The notes: a model not told the origin generated them from the letters alone. Shown: positions 9,991 to 19,277, counted from the first letter of the stretch. The stretch: 64,000 bases of DNA from an uncultured Eubacteriales bacterium (GCA_951800645.1 CATOIK010000006.1:25508-89507), one strand, 5' to 3'. Program-made: numbers and translations.

Positions 9991-10135
9991 GTTTCTTTCA
10001 TAGGAAAGTTCGCCCTATGAAACAAAAACGCTCCGCGGGATGCGCACTTCGCGCTTAAGGAAAATGTCTGCTGACGCAGACGCGCTCCGGCGCGAGAGTC
10101 CGGTGAACCGGACTCTTTTTTATCAGGAGCCGGAC

Positions 10136-12208
10136 TTATTTATCCAGCTCCTCATTCAGCTTTTCCGCTCCTTCTACAGCAAACCTGCCATCTGCAATCA
10201 CTGGAAGCCGGCGCCCATCCGGACACACCGCCGTAATATCCCCCAATTCCGAATAAGGAATGGTAATATCCGTATGGCATCCAAAGTAAGCCTTCTTAGG
10301 ATCTTCCTTCCGAAGAATGGAAACCTCATTGTCCCTGGCAATAATCTCCCGGCCGTCCGGATTATAAACAGCGCAGTCCTCACTCCAACTGTAGCAGGTG
10401 TCGCCTACTGCAAAATGGGGGCCTGTCTTCTCCGCAATCAGAATAGGCAGCTTTTCCTGGATACCGAACCGCTGGGCCATGGCGTAGGCCGCCGTGTTGG
10501 TTCCGATGGCAAATTCCCCCATAGCCAGGGTATCGTGATTCTTCATAATCTGCTGCCGAATCAGGGCCTTTCCCTCCGACTCCTCCGGGAAATTGTCGCA
10601 GGAATAGCTGGTTACCATACCGTCTGCAAACTCCATCCGCAGGTTCTTAAACTGGAACTGTCCGATATAGACATTCCCCACATGCAAAAGTCCGCTGGTA
10701 CCGGAAAGCACCGGAGAAGTAAACACCTCTCCCACCGGAATATTCACATCTGCCACACAGTTTTCAAAATTGGTCTGTCTGGCCGGATCTTCCAACCGAT
10801 GGAGGCAGATCTTTAAATTGGTCTTATTTTCTCCCCTGCCTGTCACCATCACATATTCTGCCTGATCCAGCACATCAATGATATTCTGCTGAATCTCTCT
10901 GTACTGCTCATAATCCAGGGTATTGATCCGGATAGTTTCTGAAAAGACCGCCTCAAAGTCCGGGCCGATAGCAGGCACAGGGAACGCAATGATGGTGAAG
11001 CTGGTCTCATCTCCCGGCAGATACTGGTTCACGACCGGCATGGACTCGCTGGAGTAAGCAATCTGAAGCTCCTGCTGCTTTTCGCTTAAACAAAAAGCCT
11101 CCGGCTTATTCACCGGCTGGAATCCATCTTCACCAAAGGTTTCCACTACCGCCGGGCCTGCGTAGTCCCCAGCCTCTTTCTTGTAAGTCTCGTAAGCGTT
11201 CTTTAATACCGCCAGCTTCCGCTCCTTAAAAGCCTTATCGTAAAACAACGCCTGGTCGTAGCGATGGTCATAATCGTACTGGCTGTTGGCTGAAGTACCA
11301 TGATACCCCAGCTTTCTGCCTGGGGTCTTGTTTACCAGCCAGGAAGCCGACCGATAAACAATGGGCTCCAGCCCCATTTCCCGAAACTGCAGGATTGCCG
11401 CCCGGATCATCCGCTCAAAGCCCAGCTCATACCGGATTCCCACCGTCTTTTTCTTAGACAGATCCCGGCCTGTTACCTCAAAACCTTTCCGGTATCCTTC
11501 CGTGTAGGTGGACGCCATACGATCAATGGTTTCCTGAGGCAGGGAATTTAAAAATCCTGCAATCTGCAGCTCGGAAGGCGAAATATACTCACCAAACCGG
11601 TACAGATACCGCAGGTCAGTTAAATCACTTTCCATAATGATGTCTTTGGCAAAAGTCAAAGCCGGGTCCAACTGTTCCCGGATCCGGTAAGTCAGGGTCA
11701 CATCTGTGTAATCGCTGAAAAACCAGTAAAGAATCTGCTTCACAGTCCGCAGTCGGGGCCGATCTTCCTCAAAGGCTCCGTAAAGCTCTAAAAAGGTCTC
11801 GCAGAGAATGGTAATGTCCGTCAGACGGCACTCATAAGCAAACACAATGGCCTCTCTCACCTGAGCGTAAAAGGCTGCCAGTACCGGGCCGAACTCTGCA
11901 CCCAGCTTTTCACCGGCGTAGGATGGGTTTGCATAGCTGGTTTCATAGTGTTCCGGAAGAATATCCTGATACAGATCCTGGTTCAGGGCCTGAAGCTCAT
12001 CCAGAGAAAGGTTCTCCAGCTCGTCCCGCATCTGCCGTCTGGCCAGCTCCTCAATCTTTCCCAGAAAGCGGCTTACCTCTGCAAAATAAGAATGGAACGG
12101 CTCCTGAACAGCATCTTCCGACGAAATTTCCAGAATCCGCTCCATTGCCAGGTCGTACCGCTCCGTAATCCAGGTGTTTTCCTCATTCCATAATTCCTGA
12201 TATTTCAT
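10136..12208 (-). CDS. Aminopeptidase, M29 (thermophilic metalloprotease)-type C-terminal domain with a long N-terminal extension
   Basis: NIPVGEVFTSP, GEFAIGTN, EKTGPHFAVG, HTDI motifs; ATG 12208 after GGAG. Confidence 0.8.
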   Translation of the reverse strand: MKYQELWNEENTWITERYDLAMERILEISSEDAVQEPFHSYFAEVSRFLGKIEELARRQMRDELENLSLDELQALNQDLYQDILPEHYETSYANPSYAGEKLGAEFGPVLAAFYAQVREAIVFAYECRLTDITILCETFLELYGAFEEDRPRLRTVKQILYWFFSDYTDVTLTYRIREQLDPALTFAKDIIMESDLTDLRYLYRFGEYISPSELQIAGFLNSLPQETIDRMASTYTEGYRKGFEVTGRDLSKKKTVGIRYELGFERMIRAAILQFREMGLEPIVYRSASWLVNKTPGRKLGYHGTSANSQYDYDHRYDQALFYDKAFKERKLAVLKNAYETYKKEAGDYAGPAVVETFGEDGFQPVNKPEAFCLSEKQQELQIAYSSESMPVVNQYLPGDETSFTIIAFPVPAIGPDFEAVFSETIRINTLDYEQYREIQQNIIDVLDQAEYVMVTGRGENKTNLKICLHRLEDPARQTNFENCVADVNIPVGEVFTSPVLSGTSGLLHVGNVYIGQFQFKNLRMEFADGMVTSYSCDNFPEESEGKALIRQQIMKNHDTLAMGEFAIGTNTAAYAMAQRFGIQEKLPILIAEKTGPHFAVGDTCYSWSEDCAVYNPDGREIIARDNEVSILRKEDPKKAYFGCHTDITIPYSELGDITAVCPDGRRLPVIADGRFAVEGAEKLNEELDK

Positions 12209-12227
12209 ACTTCTCTCCTTCTTCCTG

Positions 12228-12551
12228 TCAGCCAAGCAGCCCTATAATTACCAGAAAAATCCAAAACAGGGCCAGAAAACCGCTGATACCAAGACTAATC
12301 TTAGCCAGTACATAATTCTTTTCTTTTTCCATAAACGAGATCAGGCCGTAGCCGATTCCTACACCGGAAGCCACCAGACTGGAAACGCCCCAGGCTGCCA
12401 TGTTAAGGCCGCCGTTTCCCTGCATATTTACACTGAGCCACAGGCTCACAATACAGCATACAAGGGCTGCGGCGGTTGCTCCCAGACTGATAAAACTTCT
12501 TCCGGCAAAAGGCTTTTTTATATAGGATATTTTACGATTTCCCTTTTGCAT
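12228..12551 (-). CDS. Small three-TM membrane protein (DUF6142-like)
   Basis: Basic N-terminus and three hydrophobic helices; overlaps the upstream VanZ-family gene. Confidence 0.65.
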   Translation of the reverse strand: MQKGNRKISYIKKPFAGRSFISLGATAAALVCCIVSLWLSVNMQGNGGLNMAAWGVSSLVASGVGIGYGLISFMEKEKNYVLAKISLGISGFLALFWIFLVIIGLLG

Positions 12552-13008
12552 TCCGTTTTCTCCTTATGCGTATCCGCTGGACAATCCGGTTAATGATATA
12601 ACCAAATGCACCGCCCAGGGTATTTAAAAACAGATCGTCTACATCGAAGCTTCCCACCTTGCAGACCAACTGCACCGTCTCCACGGAAAGGCTTAAGGCA
12701 AAGCACAGCAGGATGGCATTATACCACTTTCTTCCTCTCCGGCTGACAATGGGAAGAAAAAAGCCGCAGGGCATGAAAGCCACCACATTTCCCACCACAT
12801 TCAGCAGAAAGGCCTTCATTCCCACCTGTTCCCGATAGGTGTAAAACCGTTTGATTTCCTTAAACAGTTCCAGATTATAGGCGTAGTCCCGCTTCTCCAG
12901 GGATCGGCCAAAAGACTCCGCAAAAAACAGGAAATAAACCAGCAGGCCCAGATAGGCAATAAACAACACCCATCCCAGCTTCTGGTTCCTGGTCGTATTC
13001 TTAATCAT
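12532..13008 (-). CDS. VanZ family membrane protein
   Basis: NVVGNVVAFMPCGF, ETVQL..VGSFDVDDLFLNTLGG. Confidence 0.88.
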   Translation of the reverse strand: MIKNTTRNQKLGWVLFIAYLGLLVYFLFFAESFGRSLEKRDYAYNLELFKEIKRFYTYREQVGMKAFLLNVVGNVVAFMPCGFFLPIVSRRGRKWYNAILLCFALSLSVETVQLVCKVGSFDVDDLFLNTLGGAFGYIINRIVQRIRIRRKRNAKGKS

Positions 13009-13037
13009 AATATTCCTCAGCGTTCTATTCTCTATTC

Positions 13038-13155
13038 AAAAGGGCTGCATCGCCCACTGTTTTCCAATTCACATTCATTCCATGCGAAAACAGGGAGAAA
13101 ACCACGCTTATAAGCAAGCTTAACACCTGTTCTTCTCCCTGTTTCCCGCCGTCCT
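13038..13155 (-). ncRNA. Structured intergenic element, copy 2 (P2 intact, P3/P4 degenerate)
   Basis: AAACAGGGAGAA/TTCTCCCTGTTT stem enclosing TAAG-CTTG-CTTA; ends resemble copies 1 and 3. Confidence 0.5.
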
Positions 13156-13159
13156 AAAC

Positions 13160-13309
13160 TTAAAACACAATATCCCTTTTCCGCCGCAACAGCACAGCGC
13201 CGCAAACGATGGAGCAGACTCCCACTGCCATTCCTGCTACTAAGATCACGATTCCAACTGCAATGCTGCATGCGCCGGTGCGCTGCATGGTCTTATAAAC
13301 CTTTTCCAT
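13160..13309 (-). CDS. Small membrane protein, 49 aa (not in the ORF track)
   Basis: MEKVYKTMQRTGACSIAVGIVILVAGMAVGVCSIVCGAVLLRRKRDIVF; AAGGAG RBS overlapping the pyrE stop; hydrophobic core with a basic tail. Confidence 0.75.
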   Translation of the reverse strand: MEKVYKTMQRTGACSIAVGIVILVAGMAVGVCSIVCGAVLLRRKRDIVF

Positions 13310-13321
13310 AGATTGGTCTCC

Positions 13322-14002
13322 TTATTTTGCTCCGTACTGCTCATAGTAAGCGTCAATGGATGCCTTTAAAGCATCGTCAATCACTACCTGACCGTTATAA
13401 GGACGGTTATGCAGATGCTCTACTACATCGGCCATGGAAACAATGGCGCTGGTAGGAAAGCCGTACAGCTCTTTCACTTCGTCTAAAGCCTTCTTCTCCC
13501 CGCCTTTTCCTACTTCCATCCGGTCCAGAGATACCATCAGGCCTACGATCGTCACATCTGCAGCCCCTTTTACCTTCGGTACGGTCTCCTCCATGGACTT
13601 TCCGGAAGTGGTCACATCCTCAATCATAATAACCCGGTCGCCGTCCTGCAGCTTACTTCCTAAGAAGCTGCCCTTATCTGCGCCATGGTCCTTCTCCTCT
13701 TTCCGGTCAGAACAGTAGCGGATTTCTTTGCCGTACAGCTCGCTGTAAGCAATGGCAGTTACAACGCTTAAGGGAATGCCCTTGTAGGCCGGCCCAAACA
13801 GTACATCAAAGTCGTCTCCGTAAACGCTATGAATAGCTTTTGCATAGTATTCGCCCAGTTTCTTTAACTGGGAACCAGTTACATAGCCGCCGGCGTTCAT
13901 GAAGAACGGAGACTTTCTGCCGCTCTTTAAGGTAAAATCTCCAAATTTCAGCACCTGGCTGTCTACCATAAATTCTATAAATTCTTTCTTGTAATCTTCC
14001 AT
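13322..14002 (-). CDS. pyrE: Orotate phosphoribosyltransferase
   Basis: FTLKSGRKSPFF, GPAYKGIP, IEDVTTSG. Confidence 0.96.
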   Translation of the reverse strand: MEDYKKEFIEFMVDSQVLKFGDFTLKSGRKSPFFMNAGGYVTGSQLKKLGEYYAKAIHSVYGDDFDVLFGPAYKGIPLSVVTAIAYSELYGKEIRYCSDRKEEKDHGADKGSFLGSKLQDGDRVIMIEDVTTSGKSMEETVPKVKGAADVTIVGLMVSLDRMEVGKGGEKKALDEVKELYGFPTSAIVSMADVVEHLHNRPYNGQVVIDDALKASIDAYYEQYGAK

Positions 14003-14027
14003 AATGGTCTCCTTTTCCGATTCCGCC

Positions 14028-14933
14028 TTATTTTACACAGCCAATCAGTTCCCTTATATCTGCCACGCCATGTTTTTTCATGTAATCTTCGATGCCCTGG
14101 GCAATCTCCACCGTAGCGTAAGGGTTGTAGAAATTGGCGGTGCCTACAGACACTGCCGTGGCGCCTGCCATAATAAACTCCAGCGCGTCCTCTGCTGTAG
14201 CAATACCGCCCATGCCGATGATGGGCAGGCTTACTGCGTTAGCCACCTGGTACACCATCCGCAGAGCCACCGGCTTTACTGCCGGGCCGGACATTCCGCC
14301 GGTTTTGTTTGCGATAGCAAAGGCCCGCTTGTTAATATCAATCTTCATGCCGGTTAAGGTGTTAATCAGAGACAGCACATCTGCGCCGCCTGCCTCTGCC
14401 GCCTTAGCCATAACTGTAATGTCTGTTACATTAGGGCTCAGCTTCATAATTACCGGCTGCTTTGCATAGCGTTTCACCTCTCTGGTGATGGCTTCCACTG
14501 CCTTGGGGTCCTGTCCAAAAGCAATGCCGCCCTCTTTTACATTGGGGCAGGAAATATTGATTTCCAGCAAATCCACCGGCTCGTCCCCCAGCCGTTCTAC
14601 CACTTCGATGTAATCCTCCGTGGTTTTTCCGCAGACATTGACAATAATTTTCGTGTCATACTGCTTTAAGAAGGGAATATCCCGCTGCACAAACACATCA
14701 ATGCCAGGATTCTGCAGACCGATGGCGTTTAACATGCCGCCGTACACCTCTGCAATCCGCGGAGTAGGATTTCCGGGCCAGGGCACATTTGCCACGCCCT
14801 TGGTTACTACTGCGCCTAAACGGTTTAAATCCACGAATTCACTGTATTCTGCGCCGCTTCCAAAGGTTCCGGAGGCGGTCATCACCGGATTTTTCAGCTC
14901 CACACCGGCCAGATTTACTTTGGTATTGATCAC
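14028..14933 (-). CDS. pyrD: Dihydroorotate dehydrogenase B, catalytic subunit
   Basis: KNPVMTASGT, EINISCPN, KLSPNVTDI. Confidence 0.96.
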   Translation of the reverse strand: MINTKVNLAGVELKNPVMTASGTFGSGAEYSEFVDLNRLGAVVTKGVANVPWPGNPTPRIAEVYGGMLNAIGLQNPGIDVFVQRDIPFLKQYDTKIIVNVCGKTTEDYIEVVERLGDEPVDLLEINISCPNVKEGGIAFGQDPKAVEAITREVKRYAKQPVIMKLSPNVTDITVMAKAAEAGGADVLSLINTLTGMKIDINKRAFAIANKTGGMSGPAVKPVALRMVYQVANAVSLPIIGMGGIATAEDALEFIMAGATAVSVGTANFYNPYATVEIAQGIEDYMKKHGVADIRELIGCVK

Positions 14934-15703
14934 AGTTCCACCTCCTGAGCCAGGAATACCGGGCCGTCCTTGCAGACCCGCTTGTTGTGAACATGAGAAT
15001 GCTCATCTACATCCTTAGACTGGCACACACAGGCCAGACATGCGCCGATGCCGCAGGCCATCTTCTCTTCAAGAGAGAGCCAGCACTCCATGCCCTTTTC
15101 CTCTGCGTAAGCCTTCAGCGCCCGAAGCATGGGGGTAGGGCCGCAGGCGTAAATTACATCTGCTTCCAGGCCCTGTTTCCGGATGGCGTCCAGCACATTT
15201 CCCTTTGTACCGGCGCTGCCGTCCTCTGTAGCCACATAAACAGACGCATACTGCTCCATCTCTTTGTCTAAAAACAGCACATCCCGGTAACCCAGCACTG
15301 CCGTCTTCTCACAATCCAACTGCTTTGCCAGCTCCAGCATAGGCGGGATACCGATACCGCCTCCAATTAAAAATGCCCGCTTGCCTGCTGCCCGCTCCAG
15401 GGGGAAGCCATTGCCTAAAGGCCCCATAATTTCAATGCTGTCTCCGGCCTCATAAGCGGAAAACTCTTTCGTTCCTGCGCCTACTACACGGTACACGATG
15501 CGCAGCCGTCCCTGCTCCTTATCTACTTCGCAAAGGCTGATGGGACGGGGAAGCACCTTACCGGCATCCTTTGTATAGACGGAAATAAACTGCCCCGGCA
15601 CGGCTGCTGCTGCAATTTCATCCGCCTGAATCCACATACTGAAGATGTCCTCCGTCAGCGCCTGCTGGCCGGCCACCTTCGCTGTCATTTTTATTTTTCC
15701 CAT
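14930..15703 (-). CDS. pyrK: Dihydroorotate dehydrogenase electron-transfer subunit
   Basis: PRPIS, GGGIGIPP, CGIGACLAC..CKDGPVF 2Fe-2S motif. Confidence 0.95.
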   Translation of the reverse strand: MGKIKMTAKVAGQQALTEDIFSMWIQADEIAAAAVPGQFISVYTKDAGKVLPRPISLCEVDKEQGRLRIVYRVVGAGTKEFSAYEAGDSIEIMGPLGNGFPLERAAGKRAFLIGGGIGIPPMLELAKQLDCEKTAVLGYRDVLFLDKEMEQYASVYVATEDGSAGTKGNVLDAIRKQGLEADVIYACGPTPMLRALKAYAEEKGMECWLSLEEKMACGIGACLACVCQSKDVDEHSHVHNKRVCKDGPVFLAQEVEL

Positions 15704-15732
15704 GATATGCTATCCTCTATTTTTTATATACC

Positions 15733-15858
15733 CGGCGTGTCATCTTGCCCCGCTTTGCCGGGCAAGATGCATCGGATATTCATCCGATGTGGCAAACAGT
15801 CCAAACACACGCTTTTAAGCAAGCTTAACGCCTGTGTTTGCACCTGTTTCCCCGCCGT
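15733..15858 (-). ncRNA. Structured four-stem intergenic element, copy 3 (Clostridiales-1-like)
   Basis: Closing CGGCG/CGCCG; P2 CAAACACA..TTAAG-CTTG-CTTAA..TGTGTTTG; P3 CATCGGAT/ATCCGATG; P4 CATCTTGCCC/GGGCAAGATG. Confidence 0.6.
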
Positions 15859-15864
15859 TCTGAA

Positions 15865-16782
15865 TTATAACACGGAGTTAATATCTGCTGCCATGTCGAT
15901 TACGGCCTGTCTGGACGCCTCAGCAAAATGCTCCGGACCAAACTTAGCGTACTTCTCCTGCTTGTAGGCAGCGATGATGCCACGGGAAGAATTTACGATT
16001 GCGCCCAGACCGTCCTCGTTGAAGCAGGGCTTTAAATCCTTCGCAGTGCCGCCCTGTGCACCGTAGCCCGGCACCAGGAAGTAGGTCTTCGGCATCAGCT
16101 TTCTAAGAATGGCACTCATCTCCGGATAGGTTGCGCCTACTACTGCGCCTACATTGCTGTATGCGCCGTCCATGCAGTCTGCTCCCCACTCTACTACTTT
16201 ATCAGCCACCAGCTCATACACCGGTCTGCCATTTACCAGCTGATCCTGGAACTCGCCGCTGGAGGGATTAGAGGTCTTTACCAGAACAAACAGGCCCTTG
16301 TCCTCTGTCTTGCACACATCCACAAACGGCTTCACACCGTCGGTCCCCAGGTAGGGATTTACCGTCAAAAACTCAGTATTGAAGGCGCTGCAAGCTGTAT
16401 TGCCCACTTTTACCTTGCCCAGATGTGCGGTAGCGTAAGCTGCGGAAGTAGAACCAATGTCTCCCCGCTTGGCGTCTCCAATTACATACAGGCCTTTCTC
16501 CTGACAGTAACGAACCGTCTTTTCATATATCTTCAGGCCTTCAATACCAAACTGCTCATACATGGCAATCTGCGGTTTTACAGAAGGAATCAGGTCATAG
16601 GTGGCGTCCACGATCTCCTTGTTGAAATTCCAGATAGCGTCAGCCGCCCCTTCCAGGGTCTCCCCAAACTCTCCCAGAGATTTTTTCAAAATGTGCTCCG
16701 GAATGTAGTTTAACATCGGATCCAGGCCTACGCAAATCGGCGCTTTTGTCTTCTGAATCTTCTCAATCAGCTTTTGAATCAT
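15865..16782 (-). CDS. pyrF: Orotidine-5'-phosphate decarboxylase
   Basis: CVGLDP, DAKRGDIGST, VKTSNP, LVPGYGAQGG, NSSRGI. Confidence 0.96.
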   Translation of the reverse strand: MIQKLIEKIQKTKAPICVGLDPMLNYIPEHILKKSLGEFGETLEGAADAIWNFNKEIVDATYDLIPSVKPQIAMYEQFGIEGLKIYEKTVRYCQEKGLYVIGDAKRGDIGSTSAAYATAHLGKVKVGNTACSAFNTEFLTVNPYLGTDGVKPFVDVCKTEDKGLFVLVKTSNPSSGEFQDQLVNGRPVYELVADKVVEWGADCMDGAYSNVGAVVGATYPEMSAILRKLMPKTYFLVPGYGAQGGTAKDLKPCFNEDGLGAIVNSSRGIIAAYKQEKYAKFGPEHFAEASRQAVIDMAADINSVL

Positions 16783-16859
16783 GACATCCTCCTCGTGTAT
16801 GGATAAAATTTCTCTGCGCCCTGCCCGGTTTCAGGCCGCAGGAACGCATCTTAGCTAAT

Positions 16860-16888
16860 ATTTTATCATATCATGGAAAGGCTTTCAA
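16860..16888 (-). promoter_or_regulatory. SigA promoter of the pyrF operon
   Basis: TTGAAA-17 bp-TAAAAT with TG. Confidence 0.6.
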
Positions 16889-16954
16889 GTAGGTTATTCC
16901 CCAAATCCCGTCTCCCCTCTCATCCCAACACTCACCGCTCTGCCTCTCATCCAT

Positions 16955-16984
16955 TCATACTGGACAGCTCTCCCTTCATACACT
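16955..16984 (+). promoter_or_regulatory. Putative SigE (mother-cell) promoter of the sleC-like gene
   Basis: TCATAC...CATACACT; ATA-17 bp-CATAcacT matches the SigE consensus. Confidence 0.55.
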
Positions 16985-17013
16985 TCCATAACTACATCTT
17001 TCAGGACTTCTCA

Positions 17014-18324
17014 ATGACCCAGAATAACCAAAAACAGATTTTCCCTGCCCCTACGGTCAGAATGGCTCAGACCGCTCCTGCGGATCTGACGGACCGGGGC
17101 TATCTGCAGGTAAATGTGGTGAATATCGAAAACAATTTTCCCATCAGCAATGCCCGCATTTCCATTACTCACACAGGCGGAAACCAGACTCCGGTGGAGG
17201 AAGTATCCACCAACCAGTCTGGCCAGACAGAGCAGGTATCCCTGGCTGCGCCGCCTGTAGCTCTCAGCTTAGAGCCTCAGAATCTGCGGCCTTATTCAGA
17301 ATACAACCTGACCGTAACTGCGCCTGGCTTTAAGCCAGCCACCATCGAAGGGACGGAAATTCTGGCATCCTCCACCGCCATCCAGCCGGTGCGCTTAGAT
17401 CCGGAGGCGGATCCTGAACCAGTGGAAAATCCCATTCAAATCCCGGATCATACTCTCTACGCTGAGTATCCGCCTAAAATTGCAGAGCCGGAAATCCAGC
17501 CGGTCAATGAAAGCGGGGAGATTGTCTTAAGCCGGGTGGTGGTTCCCCAGACCGTGGTTGTCCACGATGGCGTGCCCTCCGATGCATCGGCCCCCAACTA
17601 CTACGTGCCCTACCGGGACTACATCAAAAATGTGGCGTCCAGCGAAATCTACGCCACCTGGCCCCAGGCCAGCATTACGGCCAATGTGCTGGCTATCATG
17701 AGTTTTACCCTGAACCGGGTCTATACGGAGCACTACCGGAACCGGGGATATGATTTTACCATCACATCTTCCACTGCCTTCGATCACAAGTGGATCTACG
17801 GACGGAATATTTATGAAAGCATTTCCGTAATTGTGGATGAAATTTTTGACAACTATCTATCCCGCCCCGGAGTACGCCAGCCGATTCTGACCCAATACTG
17901 CGACGGCCGCATGACCCAGTGTCTGGACCGGGGCTGGATGACCCAGTGGGGTTCCTGTAATCTGGGAGAGCGGGGGTACAGTCCCATTGATATTCTCCGG
18001 CACTTCTACGGAGACAATATGTATATCAACACAGCAGAGGAAATTGCGGGAATTCCCTCCTCCTGGCCCGGCTATGACTTAACCATCGGTTCCTCCGGCC
18101 AGAAAGTGCAGCAGGTGCAGGAACAGTTGGACACCATCGCCACCGTTTACACCGCCATCCCACGCATTCAGCCAGACGGCGTTTTCGGTCCGGCCACTGC
18201 AGCCGCAGTCCGGGAATTCCAGTCCATCTTCGGCCTTCCTCAGACCGGAGCCATCGATTTTCCCACCTGGTACAAAATCTCCCATATTTACGTGGCTGTG
18301 TCAGGAATTGGGGAATTAGTCTGA
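17014..18324 (+). CDS. sleC: Spore cortex-lytic enzyme SleC-like, with a C-terminal peptidoglycan-binding domain
   Basis: DYIKNVASSEIYATWP, LNRVYTE.Y, TSSTAFDH, TQYCDG, DGVFGPATAAAVREFQ. Confidence 0.8.
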   Translation: MTQNNQKQIFPAPTVRMAQTAPADLTDRGYLQVNVVNIENNFPISNARISITHTGGNQTPVEEVSTNQSGQTEQVSLAAPPVALSLEPQNLRPYSEYNLTVTAPGFKPATIEGTEILASSTAIQPVRLDPEADPEPVENPIQIPDHTLYAEYPPKIAEPEIQPVNESGEIVLSRVVVPQTVVVHDGVPSDASAPNYYVPYRDYIKNVASSEIYATWPQASITANVLAIMSFTLNRVYTEHYRNRGYDFTITSSTAFDHKWIYGRNIYESISVIVDEIFDNYLSRPGVRQPILTQYCDGRMTQCLDRGWMTQWGSCNLGERGYSPIDILRHFYGDNMYINTAEEIAGIPSSWPGYDLTIGSSGQKVQQVQEQLDTIATVYTAIPRIQPDGVFGPATAAAVREFQSIFGLPQTGAIDFPTWYKISHIYVAVSGIGELV

Positions 18325-18494
18325 TTCACCTATGTCAGGGGCTAGAAAACCCGGCTGGTAAATTGTAATAATTCCTGTCTGGAATTTTAAGAGAAAAGAA
18401 ATACCATTTTCGCCGATTTTTGGTATGATGAAGACAGAATAACCGGGAATCTTTTCCAGGTTATAAGTCAGAAATATCTAAGGAGGACAGATTT

Positions 18495-19277
18495 ATGAAG
18501 AAAATGAATTATTCCCGCACCGGCATCGCCGCCGCACTGCTTGGCGCCGCTGTTTTAGCTTCCGGATGCTCTGTGGGAGCCCAGGCACCGGTCTCCATGC
18601 CGGGAACCATTCAGGTAGAAAATGTAGAAAATTCCAATGTAATTACGGTTACTGGCAGCGAAGCAGTAAAGGTGGTTCCGGATATGGCAGAAATCACCTG
18701 TTCCGTTTACTCCAGAGGCGATTCTGCCGCTGCCTGCCAGGAAACCAACGCTAAGGATTTAGAGGCTGCACTGGCTGTTTTAAAGGAGCTTGGTATCGCA
18801 GAAACCTCCATCCAGACTTCTTCCTATGGGATGCAGCCTATCCGCAACTGGAATTCTGACACCCAGGAAATTACCGGCTACGAAATGACTACCACCCTGA
18901 CGGTATCCGATATACCCCTGGACCAGGCTGGAACCGTCATGTCCAAAACCATCGCTTCCGGTGTCAACTCCATTGACAATGTAAGCTATTTCTCCAGCAC
19001 TTACGACGCCAGCTACCAGGAAGCCTTAAAGGGCGCTGTGGCTATGGCCCAGGCTAAGGCAGAGGCCATTGCCGCCGCCAGCCAAAAAACCATCTCTACC
19101 GTAATCCATGTAGAGGAACAGGGCTACAATCCCTCTGCCCGCTACACAAACGCCAACCTGCGTGCTCCCAAGATGGCCGGCGCCGCTTCCAAAGAAATGA
19201 TGGCTGACATGGCTGTCATGCCCGGAGAAATCAGCGTGGAGGCGTCTGTAACTGCGGATTTTGCAATTTCAGAATAA
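18495..19277 (+). CDS. SIMPL/DUF541 domain lipoprotein
   Basis: Lipobox LASGC; ITVTGSEAVKVVPD, A..AQAKAEAIA, PGEISVEASV. Confidence 0.85.
   Translation: MKKMNYSRTGIAAALLGAAVLASGCSVGAQAPVSMPGTIQVENVENSNVITVTGSEAVKVVPDMAEITCSVYSRGDSAAACQETNAKDLEAALAVLKELGIAETSIQTSSYGMQPIRNWNSDTQEITGYEMTTTLTVSDIPLDQAGTVMSKTIASGVNSIDNVSYFSSTYDASYQEALKGAVAMAQAKAEAIAAASQKTISTVIHVEEQGYNPSARYTNANLRAPKMAGAASKEMMADMAVMPGEISVEASVTADFAISE

Noticed and set aside
9843-10058. ORFs overlapping 9852-9934 on either strand
   Set aside because: The region is a clear tRNA-Leu with its own promoter and terminator.
9934-10135. Prophage or ICE integrated at tRNA-Leu
   Set aside because: No integrase, and I saw no duplicated tRNA 3' end in the window.
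16783-16860. PyrR-binding attenuator upstream of pyrF
   Set aside because: A GC hairpin is present, but there is no AGUCCAGAGAGGCU-like PyrR loop and no clear antiterminator.
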